The notes beneath the pieces are model-generated. The model was not told the origin of the DNA. It was given only the letters and a program-made list of their open reading frames with translations, and ran no database searches. 64,000 bases of DNA from positions 1 to 64,000 of the forward strand of contig JBDRPT010000038.1 of assembly GCA_043826785.1 (NCBI GenBank). Direction: 5' to 3'. The DNA is from Chloroflexota bacterium (GTDB lineage Bacteria > Chloroflexota > Anaerolineae > Anaerolineales > Villigracilaceae). The translations under genes were made by a program, and so were the position numbers. This document shows positions 59,876-64,000 of the stretch, piece by piece. The first letter of the stretch is position 1. Each line of letters opens with the position of its first letter.

Positions 59876-61846
59876 ATGTCTGTCTACCTCCGCGATATCC
59901 CCATCTCACAAGCACAGTCGATGTTAAAGCGCGCTCTGATCGAAGCGGATCTGTGGCGTATTTTGGGGTCCGAAACCCTCCCGCTGGATGAATTTGCGTT
60001 AGGGCGCGTGCTGGCGGAACCGGTCTGGGCGAAAATTTCATCTCCCCATTATCACGCCTCCGCAATGGATGGATTTGCAGTCAGGGCCTTGGCTACTGCC
60101 GGGGCACAGCCTACCAAGCCAGTGATCCTGCGTGTCGGTCCCGATGCCCGCTATATTGATACGGGCGACCCCCTTCCTGAAGATTTCAATGCCGTTATCC
60201 CGATAGAGAATGTGGAGCCGCTTGATGCAGAGGAAAATATCGCGTCAAGGTTACGCTCCCCCGTCGCAATAAGGATTCGGGTGGGTGTAACTCCGTGGAG
60301 TCATGTCCGGCCTATGGGTGAAGACATGGTCGTGTCTCAGCTGGTCCTACCAACCGGGCATACTCTCAGGCCAGTGGATTTGGGTGCAATCGCTGCAGCG
60401 GGGCATGATGGGGTAGTCGTTGCTCGAAAGCCACGCGTTGCAATCCTGCCCACAGGCACAGAGTTGGTGACTATCGGTACGGAGCTGACCCCCGGCTTGA
60501 TATTGGAATATAACTCACTCGTCCTCGCTGGCCAGGTCCGGTCTTGGGGAGGTGATGCGATCCGCTACCCAATTACTCCGGATGATTTTGACGCTATCAG
60601 TCTGCGCGTCATGGATGCAGCGCGCGGGAATGACCTCATTCTACTAAATGCCGGGTCATCAGCTGGCGCTGAAGATTTCTCGGCAAAAGTTGTTTCTAGT
60701 TTAGGTGATATTCTTGTCCATGGTGTTGCAGTCAGACCTGGGCATCCAGTCATCTTGGGGATGCTTAGGCAAAATTGCGCTGAAGGTGTATTAAAAGTCC
60801 CGATTATCGGCGTTCCAGGATATCCAGTTTCATCTGCATTGACAGCTGAGATTTTTGTTGAACCTATGATTTCCAAATGGATAGGTCGATCACCATTAGA
60901 GCATAATACCGAAGCAGTGACCATGACGAGAAAAGTTGTTTCCCCGGCTGGTGATGACGACTATATCCGTGTGACGATCGGCAGAGTCGGCGACCGGGTT
61001 CTTGCCGCTCCTCTCCCGCGAGGAGCGGGGGTCATTTCATCCCTTGTCCGCGCGGATGGTGTAGTAATCCTGCCGAGAGGTGTGCAAGGAGTGGATGCAG
61101 GCCAAATTGTCACCGCTCAACTCTATCGGTCCAAAGCTGATTTGGAAAAGACGATTTTTTGCATCGGCTCGCATGATATGCTGCTTGATTTAATAGCCCA
61201 ATATCTGGCGGGACACAACAGGCGGATGACATCAGCGAACGTTGGCTCGCAAGGTGGCTTGATCGCGCTACAACGTGGTGAGGCGCATCTTGCCGGTTCC
61301 CACCTCCTTGATCCCAAAACCGGAGAATATAACTTACCCTATTTATCGAAATATCTTCCTGATAAGCGTGTCCGGGTGATTGTACTTGTTGAGCGGGAAC
61401 AAGGCCTTCTTCTTCACAAAGGAAACCCGAAGGGAATTCAGTGTCTTGGAGATCTGACTCGATCTGATATTAGGTTTATCAATCGGCAGCGAGGCGCTGG
61501 AACACGCGTGTTGCTTGATTATGAGCTGGAGAAAATCGGAACTTCTGGAGCTGAGATTCACGGTTACAACCAAGAGGAATATACCCATCTTGGAGTAGCA
61601 GCGGCAGTAGCATCGGGTCGGGCAGACTGCGGTCTTGGCATAGCGGCAGCAGCCCGGGCTTTGGCCTTGGAATTTCTTCCGCTTTTTCAGGAAAGGTATG
61701 ACCTTGTTATCCCTTTGGAATTTGCTGAGAGCAGCTTGCTCGATCCACTTTTTACCGTAATCGATTCAAAAGAATTTCGGGCAGCGGTGGAAGCAATGCC
61801 GGGGTATAATATCCAGCGGATGGGCCAAATTCTGGTGGAGGCTTGA
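59876..61846 (+). CDS. MoeA-like molybdotransferase fused to C-terminal periplasmic-binding-protein-like (PBP-like) domain
   Basis: About 657 aa from MSVYLRD. MoeA_N (SSPHYHASAMDGFAV), central and MoeA_C domains, then about 230 aa resembling the PBP-like domain fused to MoeA in archaea and some bacteria. The ORF track start at 59834 is possible. Confidence 0.78.
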   Translation: MSVYLRDIPISQAQSMLKRALIEADLWRILGSETLPLDEFALGRVLAEPVWAKISSPHYHASAMDGFAVRALATAGAQPTKPVILRVGPDARYIDTGDPLPEDFNAVIPIENVEPLDAEENIASRLRSPVAIRIRVGVTPWSHVRPMGEDMVVSQLVLPTGHTLRPVDLGAIAAAGHDGVVVARKPRVAILPTGTELVTIGTELTPGLILEYNSLVLAGQVRSWGGDAIRYPITPDDFDAISLRVMDAARGNDLILLNAGSSAGAEDFSAKVVSSLGDILVHGVAVRPGHPVILGMLRQNCAEGVLKVPIIGVPGYPVSSALTAEIFVEPMISKWIGRSPLEHNTEAVTMTRKVVSPAGDDDYIRVTIGRVGDRVLAAPLPRGAGVISSLVRADGVVILPRGVQGVDAGQIVTAQLYRSKADLEKTIFCIGSHDMLLDLIAQYLAGHNRRMTSANVGSQGGLIALQRGEAHLAGSHLLDPKTGEYNLPYLSKYLPDKRVRVIVLVEREQGLLLHKGNPKGIQCLGDLTRSDIRFINRQRGAGTRVLLDYELEKIGTSGAEIHGYNQEEYTHLGVAAAVASGRADCGLGIAAAARALALEFLPLFQERYDLVIPLEFAESSLLDPLFTVIDSKEFRAAVEAMPGYNIQRMGQILVEA

Positions 61847-61847
61847 G

Positions 61848-62213
61848 ATGTCTTATGTCCTTGTGATCGATGATAACCGCTCGACAGCTGAAGCGCTCGT
61901 TCAGATGCTTAAATTCATGGACTTTAACGCCCGCTCGGTACTAAGTCCGAGTGCAGCCATGGTAGTTCTCACCGAGAACGTTCCAAAGGTTGTCTGCCTG
62001 GATATCAACATGCCTGGAGTGGATGGTTTTGAGGTCTTAGCATATCTGCGCCGTGAACCACGGTTGGCCAATGTGCCTGTATTTATCATAACGTCAGATG
62101 ATCAGCCAGAAACAGAAATTCGGGCTTTACAGGGTGGGGCAAGCGCAGTGATCATCAAGCCAGTCATGCCAGACATCTTGGAAGACGCGTTTCGAAAAGC
62201 AGGGTTGTTTTAG
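61848..62213 (+). CDS. Stand-alone CheY-like response regulator receiver domain
   Basis: 121 aa. VLVIDDN, phospho-acceptor LDINMPGVDG, conserved T/S (IITSDD) and K (IIKPV). GGAGG SD. Start 1 nt after moeA2 stop. Confidence 0.85.
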   Translation: MSYVLVIDDNRSTAEALVQMLKFMDFNARSVLSPSAAMVVLTENVPKVVCLDINMPGVDGFEVLAYLRREPRLANVPVFIITSDDQPETEIRALQGGASAVIIKPVMPDILEDAFRKAGLF

Positions 62214-62406
62214 GGCTATTAATGTAGTTTCACCTGGATGGTGGCAGGATGCGGCGTATAGAATTAACAAGCGTCGCATTTTATTATTAATACCCATTTT
62301 AAATAGGACATCTTATAATGGAATGTTTTTATCCATCAGAATCAACTTGCCCGGGCGCTAATGGTGCTCCGTTCTCCGGTTTATAAGTTTTACCCTCCAA
62401 ACAAAT

Positions 62407-63849
62407 TCAACGGATAAAGAGAATGCTTGATTCGTCCTCGACAACGACCCGCCAGAGAGGCGATTGCTTGAGGGCGGAAGCCAACACAGAACCAGGTTCT
62501 ATCAGGGCAATCCTTATGTTCCCTCGGTCGAGTTGCTGTTCCCACCCCGGTAGGGCATTGTATATTTCCAGATAATCGTAGATGAATTGATCACCATAGA
62601 GATCCGCGCGGCCATCGATGTAGATTTGATAATCCGGGTAGAGTTTCCAGATTAGGTATCCTCCCCAACCGTACGTATTATACAGATTCCCATCAGGCTG
62701 GTTATTCGAAATCCATTCTGTTGCCTCAACCGGGAAATTGGAAGCATCTGAATGCTTTTGGTCAAGTGTAACCTGCCAGAGGCGGACGCAACACAGGGTG
62801 ATAATCAATGTAACCGATAGAGAAAATACCCATCGAGGCATCATGGCGATAGGATTTATTTTGCGCCATGAATTGCTGATATTTTCCAATCCATTGGAGA
62901 GCATTGGTACTGCCGCAAGAGTTAGAAATGTTATATGGCGCATGGAACGCAAGGAGGCATAAGCGAATATCAAAGTTAATATGGCATGTGTGCTCGAAGA
63001 GGGTCGGAATTTAAAGAATCCGATCAGCATCAAGGCAAGGAATAACCATGCCATTGGTTGCCATTCAAGGAGGTGAAAATCTGGCGAGAACCATTCTTGG
63101 ATAAATTGTTGCATAGACGGGCTGGTCAAGGTCTCAAAGGGGTAGACGTACATTTGGATACCATTTGGATTAACCATTACCGCCATGATGCATATGAGGA
63201 ACACGAGTAGAAGTTGGGTAATAGCTACAGGGCCGGGATGACCAGCAGGTTGATATACTTTTACTCGAGCTCTGATGACATGAATACCGAGAGTAATAAT
63301 ATAAATAAGCATGATGAATAACCCCATGGCATACCCGGCATGGAGATTGACCCAGAGGACTGTGATTAATGGCAGGGGAACCAAGTACATCCAATTCTGT
63401 TTCTTTTCGAACAAATCCAAAAGGTACAAGAATAGACTGGCAAGCAAAAACGTAAACATCTGCGGGCGAACTCCCCAAACAGGGGCAGTAGCAATTGCGC
63501 CGAGGAACAACGCGAATCCAGCAAAATAGGGTTTACCGGCTGAGCGAAGATACGCAAACCCAAATGCAGCGGTGATTAGAAGAGAAAAGAATCCAATTAG
63601 AAGAGCTAGGCCACCGACTCGGTAGAGTGAGTAGAGTATCAGCTCTGAAAGCCATTCATGAGCGGTCCAGGCCTCGCCAAAATTGGTGAAAGAGAAGGGG
63701 TCGTTTTGGGGTATAGTCTTGGTGTCGAAAATAAATTGACCAGCACTGAGGTGCCACCAGAAATCTGGATCAGCTACCGGGCGCAGGGTCATAATGATGA
63801 ATGATCCGAATAGAACGACGGTAAAGAGATGACGTAGTGGAATTTTCAT
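62407..63849 (-). CDS. GT-C-like polytopic membrane protein (putative membrane glycosyltransferase)
   Basis: 480 aa. 12+ TM helices and a periplasmic loop with PDFWWHLSAGQ. Family assignment is uncertain. Confidence 0.45.
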   Translation of the reverse strand: MKIPLRHLFTVVLFGSFIIMTLRPVADPDFWWHLSAGQFIFDTKTIPQNDPFSFTNFGEAWTAHEWLSELILYSLYRVGGLALLIGFFSLLITAAFGFAYLRSAGKPYFAGFALFLGAIATAPVWGVRPQMFTFLLASLFLYLLDLFEKKQNWMYLVPLPLITVLWVNLHAGYAMGLFIMLIYIITLGIHVIRARVKVYQPAGHPGPVAITQLLLVFLICIMAVMVNPNGIQMYVYPFETLTSPSMQQFIQEWFSPDFHLLEWQPMAWLFLALMLIGFFKFRPSSSTHAILTLIFAYASLRSMRHITFLTLAAVPMLSNGLENISNSWRKINPIAMMPRWVFSLSVTLIITLCCVRLWQVTLDQKHSDASNFPVEATEWISNNQPDGNLYNTYGWGGYLIWKLYPDYQIYIDGRADLYGDQFIYDYLEIYNALPGWEQQLDRGNIRIALIEPGSVLASALKQSPLWRVVVEDESSILFIR

Positions 63850-63881
63850 CGAATGCCTTTATGGAAAATAGGCGTCTGAGG

Positions 63882-63916
63882 CAAAAGGAGCGACTGGTTC
63901 GTCGCTCCTTTTGTTT
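63882..63916. terminator. Intrinsic terminator hairpin
   Basis: Perfect 12-bp stem AAAAGGAGCGAC / GTCGCTCCTTTT with a 6-nt loop. A/T runs on both sides. Follows a minus-strand partial ORF ending at 63923. Confidence 0.6.
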
Positions 63917-63922
63917 CTAGCT

Positions 63923-64000
63923 TTACTCACCGAGAAAATCACGCAGTTTTCGCCGGATGGTAGGGTGGCGTAATCGACTGAGGGCCTGCGCTTCGATTTG
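63923..64000 (-). CDS. 3' end of an unidentified minus-strand gene running off the window
   Basis: Open frame from the window edge ending ...LSRLRHPTIRRKLRDFLGE-stop, immediately followed by the terminator hairpin. Identity unknown. Confidence 0.3.
   Translation of the reverse strand, partial: QIEAQALSRLRHPTIRRKLRDFLGE

Overview
A 64-kb, gene-dense, moderately GC-rich bacterial chromosomal segment. The gene content (F420 biosynthesis genes, a DinG helicase with an N-terminal exonuclease, several GT-C glycosyltransferases) suggests a Chloroflexota-like or other Terrabacteria genome. That placement is inference only. I called about 60 protein genes, one tRNA-Leu(GAG), several rho-independent terminators and an operator-like region. 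Main blocks in order: an acyl-CoA carboxylase set (BCCP, biotin carboxylase, carboxyltransferase) with a CPBP protease inserted; an envelope block (GT39-like glycosyltransferases, CPBP protease, lipoprotein Zn-metalloprotease); a plsX / NERD-like / DinG-exonuclease / DUF2007 / DsrE-like operon; a polar amino-acid ABC transporter (SBP plus permease, no ATPase nearby) after tRNA-Leu; SCP2-AOR-Nnr; a long minus-strand molybdenum-hydroxylase operon (CoxM, then a CcrM-like N6-adenine methyltransferase, a membrane alkaline-phosphatase-family phosphodiesterase, a fused CoxS-CoxL, a CBS-DHH pyrophosphatase-like protein and XdhC); an ArsR / SQR-like / TusE(DsrC) / DsrE sulfur-trafficking cassette behind a perfect CRP/FNR-type box and a 20-bp perfect palindrome; two TrkA genes plus an APC permease; a complete coenzyme F420 biosynthesis operon (LLM oxidoreductase, cofC, cofD, a stand-alone nitroreductase domain, cofE, fno) whose 4-nt ATGA overlaps continue upstream through an amidohydrolase into a membrane NACHT-HEAT NTPase gene, with a COG1579 zinc-ribbon gene 19 nt further upstream; then PRODH, SDR, DinB, two tandem MoeA genes (one fused to a PBP-like domain) and an orphan CheY receiver. 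No CRISPR array, transposase or integrase was seen. The most novel-looking candidates are the methyltransferase + phosphodiesterase insertion in the Mo-hydroxylase operon, the NACHT-HEAT / zinc-ribbon unit joined to the F420 operon, the degenerate-NERD / DinG-exonuclease operon, and the SPFH-HTH fusion.
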